Shown here in pieces: positions 63,545 to 64,000 of a stretch of 64,000 nt of DNA (positions are counted from its first letter, which is position 1; every line of letters begins with the position of its first letter). A program made the translations under genes and the position numbers. Source of the DNA: Candidatus Nitrosotenuis sp. (GTDB lineage: Archaea > Thermoproteota > Nitrososphaeria > Nitrososphaerales > Nitrosopumilaceae); the NCBI GenBank assembly GCA_004322465.1, contig SCVO01000083.1, positions 6,983 through 70,982 on the forward strand. The letters are read 5' to 3'. The notes under the pieces are model-generated. The model had not been told where the DNA came from. It searched no databases and was given only the letters and a program-made list of their open reading frames with translations.

Positions 63545-63802
63545 ATGACTCATCACAAGTTGCCCGAAGTGGCAAGGAGGCTGGCAAGAATAGAAGGGCA
63601 TGTCAAGGGGATCAGAAAAATGATAGACGAAGGTAAAAGTTATCCAGAAATCGTTCAACAGATAACCGCAGTTCGAGCAGCACTTGATGGGGCGATGGGA
63701 GTCATAATCGATGATCTGGTTGAAGGGGTCAGTCAATCGCCTCATGGAAAGAGAAAGCAGGCCGCCACCGAACTAAAAGATACCGTATCAAAAATTCTCT
63801 AA
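63545..63802 (+). CDS. CsoR/RcnR-family regulator lacking the canonical Cys-His-Cys ligands
   Basis: RRLARIEGHVKGIRKMIDEGK...Q..AV..AL. Confidence 0.88.
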   Translation: MTHHKLPEVARRLARIEGHVKGIRKMIDEGKSYPEIVQQITAVRAALDGAMGVIIDDLVEGVSQSPHGKRKQAATELKDTVSKIL

Positions 63803-64000
63803 TATTATCTGATGGTAGACCATAAAAAATCGAACAGACGTCGAAGATTCAGTACCATTTCCGTTTAGAAATAACCTAATGTTTTAGCTTGCCACTAACA
63901 TCAAAATGATGTGGAGTCGAATCATCTTTATTTCCAAGATATACTAATTGGTCTGAAAATGAGACCTTCTGGGTTGAATCCTTGTTGGATAGAATTGGCT

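Overview
Archaeal accessory DNA, most likely from a Nitrososphaerota (Thaumarchaeota) ammonia oxidiser; the taxon is inferred from TFB/TBP/Cdc6 and thaumarchaeal-type gene families, not from a database search. The window is a mosaic of integrated mobile elements. (i) 1-6.2 kb: AT-rich cargo ending in tyrosine integrase 1. (ii) 6.3-15.9 kb: integrase 2 plus an operon of a 32-aa peptide, an E2-like protein, a JAB-E1 fusion, a B-box/wHTH protein, a membrane protein and a HerA-like ATPase, i.e. a ubiquitination-like system with no obvious ubiquitin. (iii) 16.2-50.8 kb: a copper/metal and redox island (2 CopA, 2 multicopper oxidases, 2 DsbA, CcdA, YHS/TRASH proteins, CbtAB, PhaC, extra TFB and TBP), tied together by at least 15 copies of a TTTACA-N2-TGTAAA palindrome. 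(iv) 50.8-61.3 kb: a short inactive Argonaute paired with a Schlafen(AlbA_2)-APAZ effector, a second HerA-like ATPase, AbiE toxin-antitoxin, Zn-finger microproteins, integrase 3 and Cdc6. (v) 61.4-64 kb: an atypical P1B-ATPase and a CsoR-like regulator. Best candidates for undescribed systems are the Schlafen-APAZ/short pAgo pair and the E2/JAB-E1/B-box/ATPase operon. No rRNA, complete tRNA or CRISPR array was seen. All family calls are by eye from motifs.
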